Of a DNA stretch of 58,306 nucleotides, positions 10,355 to 20,390 are shown piece after piece; the stretch's first letter is position 1, and the number at the start of each line of letters is the position of its first letter. The notes below the pieces were generated by a model, which worked only from the letters and a program-made list of their open reading frames with translations, made no database searches and was not told the DNA's origin. Origin of the DNA: an uncultured Bacteroidota bacterium (lineage in GTDB: Bacteria > Bacteroidota > Bacteroidia > Chitinophagales > Saprospiraceae). Both the position numbers and the translations under genes were made by a program. The DNA is taken from assembly GCA_903854205.1 (NCBI GenBank), contig CAINVS010000290.1, forward strand, positions 1-58,306, in the 5' to 3' direction.

Positions 10355-13159
10355 ATGTCCAAAAAACTATTCCTGCTCGACGCTTATGCACTCATTTACA
10401 GAGCGCATTTTGCATTTATAAAAAGACCCCTCATCAACTCAAAAGGGGTAAATGTTTCCTGTGTAAATGGATTTACCTCCCTGGTTTGGGATGTCATCCA
10501 AAAAGAAAAACCCACGCATATTGCGGTGGCTTTCGACCTTTCTGGACCAACTTTCCGCCATGTCATGTACGAACCCTACAAGGCTAATAGGGAAGAACAG
10601 CCCGAGGATATCACAGTGGGTACACCATATATTAAAAAAATCATTGAAGCCATGAACATTCCAGTCGTCAGCTGTGCCGGATATGAGGCAGACGATGTCA
10701 TAGGTACCTTGGCAAAACAGGCTGAAGCTGAAGGGTTTGAGGTATTCATGATTACTTCGGACAAAGACTACGGACAACTTGTTTCCGACAAAGTTTATTT
10801 GTACAAACCCGGCCGTCAGGGCAACGAAGTAGAACTCCTGAAAAGAGAGGAAATCTGCGAACAATGGGGTATCAAACGCGTGGAACAGGTCATTGACATG
10901 CTTGGCCTTCAGGGAGATGCTGTAGATAATATTCCCGGTGTAAAGGGAATCGGACCAAAAACTGCACAGATATTAATAGAAAAATACGATTCTATAGAGG
11001 GAATTATCGAGCATGCCAATGAACTTTCTGACAAACAGAAGCAGCAAATTCTCGACAATAAGGATATTGCACTTTTATCGAAAAAGTTGGCGACTATTGA
11101 TATCAATGTTCCTATTCAGTTCGACGCGACTATTTATCAGGTAGATCCGATTAACAAAGAAGCGTTGGCCGACCTTTTCAGGGAGTTGGAGTTCCGCAGT
11201 CTGGCCAAAAAAATTCTTGGTAAAGACCTGGGTGCATTGGACGAACCGGCAGATGATGGCAGAATTGTACAAACCGACCTTTTCGGCAATGTCATTGAAC
11301 AGCCTGAAAGAAAGGTTTCGATGGCTGCGAATGCACACCTTGTGAATAAAACACTTGAAAATAATCCGCATAAATACCATCTGGTCGATACGCCCGAAAA
11401 GCGCATGGGCCTTATTAAACTGCTTTCTGCACAGAAGGAATTCTGTTTTGACACAGAAACTACAGGTTTGGATCTGGGTGCCGAAATGGTGGGCATGTCC
11501 TTCTGTATTGAGGCTTCAGAAGCTTATTTTGTGAACTTTCCGGAAAGTCAGTCGCAGACTAAGGCTATTTTGGAGGAATTCAGAGCGCTTTTTGAAAATG
11601 AAAACATAGACAAAATCGGTCAAAATCTAAAGTTTGATCTGCTTATGCTACGCTGGTACGGTATTGAGATAAAAGGCAGAATTTGGGACACCATGATCAT
11701 GCACTATCTCATCGAGCCAGATCAGCGTCATGGTATGGACTATCTTTCCGAGACTTATCTGGGCTATTCTCCGGTTCCAATCGAGAATCTGTTAGGGAAA
11801 GGTGCAAAGAAAAAAATTACCATGCGCGATGTTCCTTTGGAAAAACTGAAGGAATACGCGGCTGAAGATGCCGATGTGACCTGGCAGCTGAAACAGAAAC
11901 TGGACAGTATTCTGGCCGGTGATCTGCGCAATCTGTATCTCGACATTGAAGAGCCGCTCATCAAAGTGCTGGCCGATATGGAATGGAATGGTGTGAATCT
12001 GGATACTCCTTTCCTTTCGGATTACAGCCAAAAAATGGAAAAGGACATCGATGTTCTGCGCAAAAGTATTTTGGAAGAAGCGCAGACACCCTGGTTGAAT
12101 TTGGATTCTCCAAAACAGGTGGGTGACGTGCTTTTTGAGCGAATGAAAATTCCTTACCGTTGGAAAAAAACCAAAACGGGGCAATACTCCACCGACGAGG
12201 AAGTGATGACCGAATTGGCCCTGAAGTTTCCGATTGTGCAACATATTTTGGATTACCGTCAGCTGGCAAAGCTAAAATCGACTTATATCGATTCTTTACC
12301 GCGATTGGTAAATCCGCATACCGGCCGTCTGCACAGTTCTTTCAATCAGGCACTGACCAATACCGGCCGTCTGAGTTCGAACAATCCCAATTTGCAGAAT
12401 ATTCCAATTCGCAGCGATGCGGGCAGGGAGATTCGCAAGGCTTTTATTCCGAAGGACAAGAACCATGTCCTGCTCGCGGCCGACTATTCACAGATTGAAT
12501 TGCGCTTAATTGCCGAGCTGAGTCAGGAAGAAGCCATGCTCGATGCCTTCCAAAAAGGTCAGGATATTCACACGGCAACTGCTGCTAAAATTTACAATAT
12601 TCCGATTGAGGAAGTGACTAAACAGCAGCGTTACAATGCTAAAACTGTAAACTTTTCCATCATCTACGGTGCCGGAGCAATGCTGCTTTCTCAGCAATTG
12701 GGTATAAAGCGGGCTGAGGCAACGGAACTGATCAAACAGTATTTTGCACAATATGGCGGACTGAAAAAATATATGGAAAATGTGGTGCATGAGGCCCGCG
12801 ACAAGGGCTATGTGACCACCATCTGCGGTCGCCGCCGCTATCTGCGCGACCTCGATTCCCGCAATGGCATGATGCGCTCACATGCGGAACGAAATGCGAT
12901 TAACACACCTGTTCAGGGTTCTGCTGCCGATATGATAAAACTAGCAATGGTGAAAATTTATAATGAGCTGAACAAGGGCGGTTTCAAAACCGAGCTTATC
13001 CTTCAGGTTCATGACGAATTGGTGTTTGATGTGCCAAGGGATGAACTGGAAAGAGTAAGAATCATCATTGAAGAGAGCATGAAGAATGCCTTACCGGGTC
13101 TGAAAGTGCCTATTGTTGTGGGTATTGATACCGGTGAAAACTGGTTGGAGGCACATTAA
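10355..13159 (+). CDS. polA: DNA polymerase I
   Basis: 5'-exonuclease (LLDAYALIYRAHFA, EADDVIG), intact 3'-5' exonuclease motifs (DTETT, NLKFD, YAAEDAD), polymerase motifs DYSQIELR and QVHDELVF. Start moved to ATG 10355. Confidence 0.98.
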   Translation: MSKKLFLLDAYALIYRAHFAFIKRPLINSKGVNVSCVNGFTSLVWDVIQKEKPTHIAVAFDLSGPTFRHVMYEPYKANREEQPEDITVGTPYIKKIIEAMNIPVVSCAGYEADDVIGTLAKQAEAEGFEVFMITSDKDYGQLVSDKVYLYKPGRQGNEVELLKREEICEQWGIKRVEQVIDMLGLQGDAVDNIPGVKGIGPKTAQILIEKYDSIEGIIEHANELSDKQKQQILDNKDIALLSKKLATIDINVPIQFDATIYQVDPINKEALADLFRELEFRSLAKKILGKDLGALDEPADDGRIVQTDLFGNVIEQPERKVSMAANAHLVNKTLENNPHKYHLVDTPEKRMGLIKLLSAQKEFCFDTETTGLDLGAEMVGMSFCIEASEAYFVNFPESQSQTKAILEEFRALFENENIDKIGQNLKFDLLMLRWYGIEIKGRIWDTMIMHYLIEPDQRHGMDYLSETYLGYSPVPIENLLGKGAKKKITMRDVPLEKLKEYAAEDADVTWQLKQKLDSILAGDLRNLYLDIEEPLIKVLADMEWNGVNLDTPFLSDYSQKMEKDIDVLRKSILEEAQTPWLNLDSPKQVGDVLFERMKIPYRWKKTKTGQYSTDEEVMTELALKFPIVQHILDYRQLAKLKSTYIDSLPRLVNPHTGRLHSSFNQALTNTGRLSSNNPNLQNIPIRSDAGREIRKAFIPKDKNHVLLAADYSQIELRLIAELSQEEAMLDAFQKGQDIHTATAAKIYNIPIEEVTKQQRYNAKTVNFSIIYGAGAMLLSQQLGIKRAEATELIKQYFAQYGGLKKYMENVVHEARDKGYVTTICGRRRYLRDLDSRNGMMRSHAERNAINTPVQGSAADMIKLAMVKIYNELNKGGFKTELILQVHDELVFDVPRDELERVRIIIEESMKNALPGLKVPIVVGIDTGENWLEAH

Positions 13160-13450
13160 GAGATTTTGAAGATTTGGGGATTTGATAATGTTTTTTTTGA
13201 TGTTCCTTATGTAGAAGATTTTCTATAATTTGAGAATTTGTAGATTGACTCATTTTGTTATTTATCAATGCAGTACTATAATTTTGAAAACTGAATTTAG
13301 AGCGCTCTTTAATTTGAGAACCGAGCATTGAACACTTTTATTTGAGACTTTTTAAAATTATCTCATTGATAAATAACAAAATATGAATTTTATTTTCTGA
13401 AACTGTCATTTGTAATGGAAAAAATTTAATCCAATAAGCAAATTTAAACG

Positions 13451-14173
13451 CTAATCCCTATCCTCTGGATTTAACTCCTCCAACAACTCCTGAGGGCTGA
13501 TTTCTTTTTTATCCTGCAGCTTTTGGCGCAGCAGATAGGCCACTAATCCCATTGCGATAAAGCCTGTGCCCAAAATGAGGATGATGAGATTTGGATAATT
13601 GTGTTCCAATATAAAATATTCCTGAAGACCCTGAACGATAATAGCGGCCCCAAGTCCGCTGTTCAGATAAGTAAAATTCTGCTCCGGACTCTCCGCAAAT
13701 TTGGCCATTCCTATAAAATAACCAAAAACAGCTGCGAGCGTCAGATGTCCGGCCACTTTGAGCAGTGGCAGCAGGAAATCCTCTCCTGTCGGTTGCAGCA
13801 ATAGTTCCACTGTAACCATTCCAAGGGAAAGCCAAAGGGTATAAAGAACCATGAAGAAAGGCTCGCTGCATTCTTTTGAAGGATAAACAAAATATCTTAG
13901 AAATAGAAAACTCAAAAGCTGACTGCAAAGCCCTATTGCAAATAATGCATAAAACAGCAGCATTACAGGGTCCCGCCCCTCTATGACACCAAAATCATAG
14001 CCCATTTTACGCAATAAAAAAGCAATCTGAGCAATCACGGAAGCGGCTGTGAGCGCATATGGTACAAACCTCAAACTAAGCTTAAGTTTAAGGTGCAGCA
14101 AAGTCAATAAAACAGTTATGCCTAAGACAATTGTCAAGGCGATCAGTAAGGACATTGTTTGGTTTTGGTTCAA
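13451..14173 (-). CDS. PrsW-like membrane protein with degenerate catalytic motifs
   Basis: Aligns by eye with the adjacent PrsW (FLFLRYFVYPSKECSEP, GYFIGMAKF) but EE is SQ and HGxxD is QGLQE. Confidence 0.75.
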   Translation of the reverse strand: MNQNQTMSLLIALTIVLGITVLLTLLHLKLKLSLRFVPYALTAASVIAQIAFLLRKMGYDFGVIEGRDPVMLLFYALFAIGLCSQLLSFLFLRYFVYPSKECSEPFFMVLYTLWLSLGMVTVELLLQPTGEDFLLPLLKVAGHLTLAAVFGYFIGMAKFAESPEQNFTYLNSGLGAAIIVQGLQEYFILEHNYPNLIILILGTGFIAMGLVAYLLRQKLQDKKEISPQELLEELNPEDRD

Positions 14174-14198
14174 CTTGCGGACAGCGCCGCAGGTAAAA

Positions 14199-14921
14199 TT
14201 ACTTCAATAAATGATCAGCAATATCTCTGTCTTCGCCATTATTATGCGGAGAATTTTCGACATGCCAATGTATCATATAGCGGCTCATTATTATGGCAAT
14301 CACAAATGTGACAAGGGTAAAAATCATTAAAGAACTATGCAATTTCTGGAACAGGAAAAAATCAAACAATCCATGTATTATTGTAGCTGAAAGCAACCCA
14401 ATGCAGAGCTTGAGGAACTTATTTTTGTCAGAAAATTTAGCTAATCCTACAAAATAACCCATTAGTACTGCAAAAGAGGCATGAGCAGGCACAGATAATA
14501 TCATACGCATGAGTGCGGTTTCAATACCACCATGTTTGTCATCGAAAACATACAGGACATTTTCAAAAGTGGCAAAACCCATGCCCACAATCACGGAATA
14601 GACAATGCCATCCATTGGTTCACAAAATTCTTTTTTGGGAAAAATATAGAAACGAAGAAATAAAAATTTAGAAAATTCTTCACTGAATCCTATTACACCC
14701 ACAGCAAAAATGAAGGTAGAAAAGGTATCTCTACTTATACCGAAACCCAAATAAGCGCCCGTCTCTTCTAATAGCAATGCAGGAAAAACACTTAATAAAC
14801 CGAAAACAAAACAGGCTATCAGATATTTATGCGGTTCGCGTTCGTGTTTGTCGCGCCACCAGATGTACCAACTGAGGAAAAGTCCTGGAAAAACAGCCAA
14901 TATGAATAATAATATACCCAT
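14199..14921 (-). CDS. prsW: PrsW family intramembrane metalloprotease
   Basis: RDKHEREP, EEFSK, GFATFEN, HASF and HGLFD motifs. Confidence 0.9.
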   Translation of the reverse strand: MGILLFILAVFPGLFLSWYIWWRDKHEREPHKYLIACFVFGLLSVFPALLLEETGAYLGFGISRDTFSTFIFAVGVIGFSEEFSKFLFLRFYIFPKKEFCEPMDGIVYSVIVGMGFATFENVLYVFDDKHGGIETALMRMILSVPAHASFAVLMGYFVGLAKFSDKNKFLKLCIGLLSATIIHGLFDFFLFQKLHSSLMIFTLVTFVIAIIMSRYMIHWHVENSPHNNGEDRDIADHLLK

Positions 14922-15315
14922 AGTTTTATATGTTTATAAAAATATCCGAGTTTTAGTATTATCGAAAAAAACAGCATTTAAAGATCGCTATATTTTGTCA
15001 GGAATTAAAAGATATACAATACGATTTATTTTTGGCCATCTTTAAAATCCCAAAAGCATGAAAAAATTGACCTTTCATTAGTTGCTATACTTTTCAATTT
15101 AGCTAGATTAAAATTGGATTACCGACCACTCGATATTGTCTTTGAACAGTCGAAGAATAATAAAATCAGAGTTATTTGGGATAAATTTAAAATGATGCAG
15201 GGCGTCTTCATGAAAGTAGAACTCTAGATGTCATTAATGTCGGTACAAAAGGATTCAAATTTGAAGGAAGAAAAAGTGAAATAGTTGAGCCGGAGGGATA
15301 AAAGTATTCTGTCTA

Positions 15316-16662
15316 CTATCGTTTAAACCCAAATTTCCAAAAATAGGCCGCCCAAAATGCAGCGAAAAAAGCAGCAAAAATGATAAGTCCATTGATGGCG
15401 GCATCAGGTTTTTTTACAAAAACACTGAGTGCTATAAAGGTATAGGCTGCTATGTAAAAGATAGGAAGGACAGGATAGAACGGCACTTTGTATATATCAT
15501 TTCCTTCCGGAGCCGTATTTTTTTTACGAAAGTAAAAAATTGTAGCCGCTGAAAAGGCCATTCCTATACTGTCCAAAAACATAATATAATCGAGTATCCT
15601 GTCAAATTCCTGAGCGTACATCAATGTAAAAATAGAGGCTACCGTAAAAACAGAAAGTGCGGTAGTCATCACCTGTGTTTTGGGATTTATATCGCGGAAA
15701 GATGCCGGCATAGTGCCGTCTTCGCTCATAGCAAACATTACCCTGGGGCTTGTAAGAAGCATAACATTGACATAGCCCAAAACGGAGAAAAAGAATAGCC
15801 AGGATACAATCTGAAAGCCAGATTCACCAAATATTTTTGAGGCCATGACGGCGCCAATTGACTCTGTATTGCCCAATTCGTTAAATCCGATAACCCTATA
15901 ATAGGCAAAATTAATAAGCATATAAAGTAGAAGGACAACTCCGATGCCGATGAATATTGCTTTTGGCATAATCCTACTGGAATTTTTAACTTCAGCTCCA
16001 AAATTTATGCTCTGCTGATATCCGCCAAATGTAAAAGAAACGGCAACCAGGCAGACACCCAGTGCATAACCCAAATCGGCCCAGCCCGGCGCTGTTTGTA
16101 TTATATCTGATGGGGTTGAGGTTAAATTGGCATCCGGACTCACAAATATTGCACTGATTACCAACACCATCAATGCAATTTTAAAAAGCATCAGTATATT
16201 TTGCACCATTGAACTCAAGCGCAGACCCAAGAGATTTAGACCGTAAAAAAGGACGATACAGCCTCCGGCAATCCATAGTTTTGCTTCCAATGTATTTTGC
16301 GCATCTGTAAAGGCTGCATTGCTGATGTATTCTGCTCCGATAAGGGCTATAGCTGCTACAGAAGCTGCATTCGATACCAATATAATTGCATTGATAGCAA
16401 AGGCCACCGAGGGGTGATAGCAGGCCGAAAAAATTTTATAATAAGCGCCTGTCACAGGATATCGCGATCCAATTTCCGCATAAGTCAATGCACCGGACAA
16501 AGCAATCAATCCGCCAATAAACCAAGCTGCAAAATAAATAGTGGGTGTAAGTGCCTGATTCGCTACATTTACAGGAGTACGAAAAATACCCATTCCAATT
16601 ACCAGACTTATGACAATCATAGTGAGGTCGAAGAGACTAAGTTTGCGGGCTTTGGTTTGCAT
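15316..16662 (-). CDS. APC family amino-acid permease
   Basis: IGMGIFRTP, GALTYAEIGSRYP..G motifs; ~12 TM segments. Confidence 0.9.
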   Translation of the reverse strand: MQTKARKLSLFDLTMIVISLVIGMGIFRTPVNVANQALTPTIYFAAWFIGGLIALSGALTYAEIGSRYPVTGAYYKIFSACYHPSVAFAINAIILVSNAASVAAIALIGAEYISNAAFTDAQNTLEAKLWIAGGCIVLFYGLNLLGLRLSSMVQNILMLFKIALMVLVISAIFVSPDANLTSTPSDIIQTAPGWADLGYALGVCLVAVSFTFGGYQQSINFGAEVKNSSRIMPKAIFIGIGVVLLLYMLINFAYYRVIGFNELGNTESIGAVMASKIFGESGFQIVSWLFFFSVLGYVNVMLLTSPRVMFAMSEDGTMPASFRDINPKTQVMTTALSVFTVASIFTLMYAQEFDRILDYIMFLDSIGMAFSAATIFYFRKKNTAPEGNDIYKVPFYPVLPIFYIAAYTFIALSVFVKKPDAAINGLIIFAAFFAAFWAAYFWKFGFKR

Positions 16663-16818
16663 ATCGGAATCACTTTTGGAAGAATAACTCTACCAAACTA
16701 CAAAATATATTTAATTTACACAGCAAGGCTAACAATTAGTTTTGGCAGTTTTTTTACAAATTATTTCACTAAACTAAGATATTATCAATAACTCCTTTTT
16801 TATCAACATTTTAAAACT

Positions 16819-16835
16819 TTGGCATGATTATCGCA
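16819..16835 (+). promoter_or_regulatory. Putative sigma-54 (-24/-12) promoter
   Basis: TTGGCATGATTATCGCA: GG (16821-22) and GC (16833-34) separated by exactly 10 nt. Confidence 0.6.
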
Positions 16836-16845
16836 ATTTTCGATT

Positions 16846-16915
16846 GAGGTTTTTTATTAGGTTAGTTAAAGGTTATTAAAAAAGCGATTCGGGAGGCACC
16901 GAATCGCTTTTGTTG
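16846..16915 (+). ncRNA. Candidate ~70-nt small RNA
   Basis: Bounded by the sigma-54-type promoter and a U-tailed terminator; no ORF; both flanking genes are on the minus strand. Confidence 0.5.
16880..16911 (+). terminator. Terminator of the candidate sRNA
   Basis: AAAAGCGATTCGG-gaggca-CCGAATCGCTTTT followed by GTTGTTT. Confidence 0.8.
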
Positions 16916-16928
16916 TTTAAACCATTTC

Positions 16929-16982
16929 ATATAACAGCAAAAAAAAGGACTGCAGATGCAGTCCTTTTTTTTGCTGTTATAT
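16929..16982 (-). terminator. Long palindromic terminator of the DUF6089 gene
   Basis: Perfect 26-bp inverted repeat with A8/T8 tracts, 6 nt past the stop codon. Confidence 0.85.
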
Positions 16983-16988
16983 TTATTA

Positions 16989-18011
16989 TTACCAAACCGG
17001 ACAACCGTAACGTCGTCCACCACCTAAAGAAGAAGGATCGATGAAATAACTGAAACGGAGTGTGATTGTATAATATGAGTCATTATCTTTAGGGTCACCA
17101 CGCTGTTCGCTAGGATTTGAAACCCTTGCGTTTACACCACCTGTGTTGTAGGTTACACCATTATAAGTTTCAGTACTTCCCGGATCAATTTCTATTGATC
17201 TACGAGACATTGCAATTGCAAGTCGAGCCTGATCGACTGGCATATTATCAATAAATAATTTTGGATCGATATAATCTGTACTCAGATCATCGATATAATC
17301 AGTGAAAGTTAAACGATGATTCACTTCAACGCACATTGCCCATTGATCGTTATAGCTCCACTTCAAACCAAGTCCAAGCGGAACATTCAATTGGGTAAGT
17401 TTATAATCTAAACGACCCGGCACAAAACCCTGTCCTTCGGTTTTTAACGGTTTTAAGTCAACCCAAGCTCCATCAGGGGTATTACCTTGTGGTCTGAAGT
17501 TGAATATACCAATACCAATAAACCCGTAAGGAGAAAGTACACTGTAGCTTTGATATCCACCGCCTAATTCAAAATTGTAAGGAATAATCTCAGCAGCAAT
17601 TGAAGCTTCAAATACACGTGAGCGGAAGTTCAACTGTCTGTAATAGCGGAACCAAGCATCATCTCCTCCGCCGGTATTTGGATCTGTACCGGAGAAACCG
17701 CCTCGTGTACCAGCACTGGCAAGGTTGTCATCACCTTTTAGCATCAGGAAACCTAAATCCAAACGTCCAGAAAAATAGGGGCTGGGATTCCACCGTCCAT
17801 AAATACCAAAATTCGGTCTGATGGCCTTGAAATCTGAATCACGAAGAAAAGGACGGCCAATACCTGATTGTCCACCCAAATCGCCCAAGAACATTGCTGT
17901 TCCCAATTGAACACCTACTTCGAAAGGGTAAGCTGGCTTGTAGCCATTTTGAGCCTGTCCGGCAATGCTCAAGCCCGCCAAAAAAACAAGTGTAGAAAAA
18001 ATCTTTTGCAT
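16989..18011 (-). CDS. DUF6089 family (PorG-like) outer-membrane beta-barrel
   Basis: Signal peptide, FLGDLGG, RQLNFRS, LKTEGQG, FTDYIDD, RGDPKDNDSY motifs; C-terminus RRYGCPVW. Start moved to ATG 18011. Confidence 0.78.
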   Translation of the reverse strand: MQKIFSTLVFLAGLSIAGQAQNGYKPAYPFEVGVQLGTAMFLGDLGGQSGIGRPFLRDSDFKAIRPNFGIYGRWNPSPYFSGRLDLGFLMLKGDDNLASAGTRGGFSGTDPNTGGGDDAWFRYYRQLNFRSRVFEASIAAEIIPYNFELGGGYQSYSVLSPYGFIGIGIFNFRPQGNTPDGAWVDLKPLKTEGQGFVPGRLDYKLTQLNVPLGLGLKWSYNDQWAMCVEVNHRLTFTDYIDDLSTDYIDPKLFIDNMPVDQARLAIAMSRRSIEIDPGSTETYNGVTYNTGGVNARVSNPSEQRGDPKDNDSYYTITLRFSYFIDPSSLGGGRRYGCPVW

Positions 18012-18309
18012 CACAAAGTCCGGTATATAGTTATTAAATGTATTTTTATAAAACATTGACAACAAATTTGTTATATTCATCATAGTGAATAAAAACAATT
18101 GATGATATAGTATTTGATGTAAATGTAGCAAATTCTTTAAATTAGAACGATTAATTTTTCAAAATAGTATTGAAAATTAATTAAAAGTGAAATTAATTAA
18201 ATGGTTTTCAATGAAAATATTTGTTTAAGGAAGGCAGTTAATAATGAAACGCCAGTTTGGTTATAATTCTACTGTAGAATAAATATGTCATCAGAACTGA
18301 GCTTTATAG

Positions 18310-18798
18310 TTAACAAATTAGCATCATCAACCTTTTAATTTCCCTTTCAGCGATATCTTTGCTCCCGCTAACTAATGAAAATCTGTCATATTCCTCCACT
18401 GCTTTAAGATAGTTTCGTTGATTTTCATAAATAGCCGAGCGCAGCAGAAAAACATCCCAAAATTCCTCGTTTTCTTCAAAGCTATCAGTTTGCATTCCTA
18501 TTGATGACGCCAAATTCAGCGATTGCAGAGCATCCGCCTCTTTATTGGAAATGAGCTGAATTTTAGCCAATTTAATATGCAGCAGTGGATTTTCCGGATC
18601 AAAACTGCAGGCTGTTTTGAAAGATTCTTCTGCATTGGGGAAATCTGATTTGTACCAATAACAGCTTCCCAAAAAACAGTGATATTCCGCTTTGTTTTCA
18701 TTGAGTTTAATAGCCTGCTGCAACAAAGCGATAGCCTGCTCAAAGTTTTTTTTTCGGTACTGCTCTTTTGCTTCGTGAAAAAGGTTTTTATCGGGCAT
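18310..18798 (-). CDS. Tetratricopeptide repeat protein
   Basis: Repeating A..L..AI.L.P / LG..Y helical TPR pattern. Confidence 0.8.
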   Translation of the reverse strand: MPDKNLFHEAKEQYRKKNFEQAIALLQQAIKLNENKAEYHCFLGSCYWYKSDFPNAEESFKTACSFDPENPLLHIKLAKIQLISNKEADALQSLNLASSIGMQTDSFEENEEFWDVFLLRSAIYENQRNYLKAVEEYDRFSLVSGSKDIAEREIKRLMMLIC

Positions 18799-18817
18799 GC
18801 GGATTTTTTATACTTTT

Positions 18818-19663
18818 TTATTTGACTGTTTTTGTGGCGATTGCTTTATTATTTCTGCTCCATTCGCTCCAAGAGCCCACATACAATTTCGGAATGCCCA
18901 ATCCGGCATAAGCCAGTGCCAAAAGGGTATGACAGGCAGTCACGCCCGAACCGCAATGAACGATTATATCTTCACTTTTTTTCTGTCCTAATATTTTTTC
19001 ATATTTCAATTTTAGTTCAGTTGGAGATAAGAACAACCCGTTTTTATCCAAATTGGTCGTAAATGGTACATTTATGGCACCCGGAATATGGCCGGCAATT
19101 AAATCAATCGGTTCCACTTCTCCATTATATCTGGCTGCATCGCGTACATCAATGACAATTTTATTGGCATCGGCGCCAGCAGTTTCTACTTCATCTATTT
19201 CTGCAATTTGCCATTTCCAATGATCAAATTTGCACAAATCGGTTTTGGCAGCAATTTCTTCATTTGAACTCATCGGGAAACCCATTGCTTCAGCTGCCTG
19301 TATGCCGCCATTTAACACCTGTACTTTTTCATGGCCAATTGATTTTAACATCCACCAGAATCGGGAAGCGGCGTTTGCGCCTGCTTTATCGTCATAAACG
19401 ACTATATGACTTTTTGCAGTAATACCGAGTAATGCCAATTTTTTTGAAAAATTTTCTATTTTTGGCAATGGATGTCTCCCGCCGATTGACAGATCCTCCT
19501 TAATATCAGCCAAATCTGTATTCAAATCAACAAAAAGAGCGCCTGATAAATGTTTCTGCAGATAGTTCGTTCTGTTCCCGGCATCGATAAGTACTAAATT
19601 TTCAGTATTCAGCAATTTAAGTAATGCTGATGCTTCTATAACTGGAGATTTATTGATATTCAT
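18818..19663 (-). CDS. Tandem-rhodanese sulfurtransferase (SseA/MST-like)
   Basis: GRHPLP, VVYDD, RFWWML, GHIPGA, active-site CGSGVTAC, LYVGSWSEW. Confidence 0.93.
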   Translation of the reverse strand: MNINKSPVIEASALLKLLNTENLVLIDAGNRTNYLQKHLSGALFVDLNTDLADIKEDLSIGGRHPLPKIENFSKKLALLGITAKSHIVVYDDKAGANAASRFWWMLKSIGHEKVQVLNGGIQAAEAMGFPMSSNEEIAAKTDLCKFDHWKWQIAEIDEVETAGADANKIVIDVRDAARYNGEVEPIDLIAGHIPGAINVPFTTNLDKNGLFLSPTELKLKYEKILGQKKSEDIIVHCGSGVTACHTLLALAYAGLGIPKLYVGSWSEWSRNNKAIATKTVK

Positions 19664-19678
19664 TTTCTTTTTCAGAAA

Positions 19679-20383
19679 TTAAGCTTTTTTGGTAAATACA
19701 CCTTTTTTGTCAATCGATCCTTCTTCTCCGTCGATAGCGACTTGAGCGAAGTCCCCTTCAAAATCGATGACATAATCATAAATAAATTCGGAAATCATTT
19801 CACCCTCCGGATTTTGCAGGGCAAATTTTCCCCTTCGGTTCTCAAACTCTACGAATCTGCTATCCAATTCAGTTTCATTATCTACTGCATCAGGATCCAA
19901 TATGTCCAAAACATAAATATGATCACCCTTTTCACCCGTCAGGATATTTGTATAGTAGGCACTGTCCATATCACCAACAAAACAGGGAATAGAGAAATCC
20001 GCCGGCAGGGCATTTTTACTACAGCTGATCAGCCATTCTTCCAATAAATCATAGAGCGACATGTCAATCTCAATACCCGAGAGTGCCTCGGGCATAAAGT
20101 CTTTATCTTCGTCCAGCCCATTTTTTTCATTGTACAGTTCCAGAAAAAAAGAAGTTTCTTTTTGTTCCTCACATTCATCCATATAGGCATCCCAGGATGC
20201 TATATAAATAGCCAGATAATCGCTGTCATAAGCAATATGAAATCCTTTTATCTGATCCCAATCTTCGGCTGCCCAGTATAGATTGTCCTTATTTTGGAAA
20301 ATTTCATGGAGGTAATTAGTAAATAGCGCGGTTGCTCCATCCAGATGCGCCTTAAATATTTGAATTTGTTCCTGTTTTTCCAT
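19679..20383 (-). CDS. Acidic hypothetical protein with a C-terminal WG-repeat-like unit
   Basis: Very D/E-rich; C-terminal GKFAL..GEMI...YD.V.DF..FAQV...G..G.IDKKG resembles a WG repeat. Confidence 0.6.
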   Translation of the reverse strand: MEKQEQIQIFKAHLDGATALFTNYLHEIFQNKDNLYWAAEDWDQIKGFHIAYDSDYLAIYIASWDAYMDECEEQKETSFFLELYNEKNGLDEDKDFMPEALSGIEIDMSLYDLLEEWLISCSKNALPADFSIPCFVGDMDSAYYTNILTGEKGDHIYVLDILDPDAVDNETELDSRFVEFENRRGKFALQNPEGEMISEFIYDYVIDFEGDFAQVAIDGEEGSIDKKGVFTKKA

Positions 20384-20390
20384 TGTTATT

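Noticed and set aside
13160-13200. GATTTG-type short repeats after polA
   Set aside because: Degenerate low-complexity sequence with no associated ORF or defined structure.
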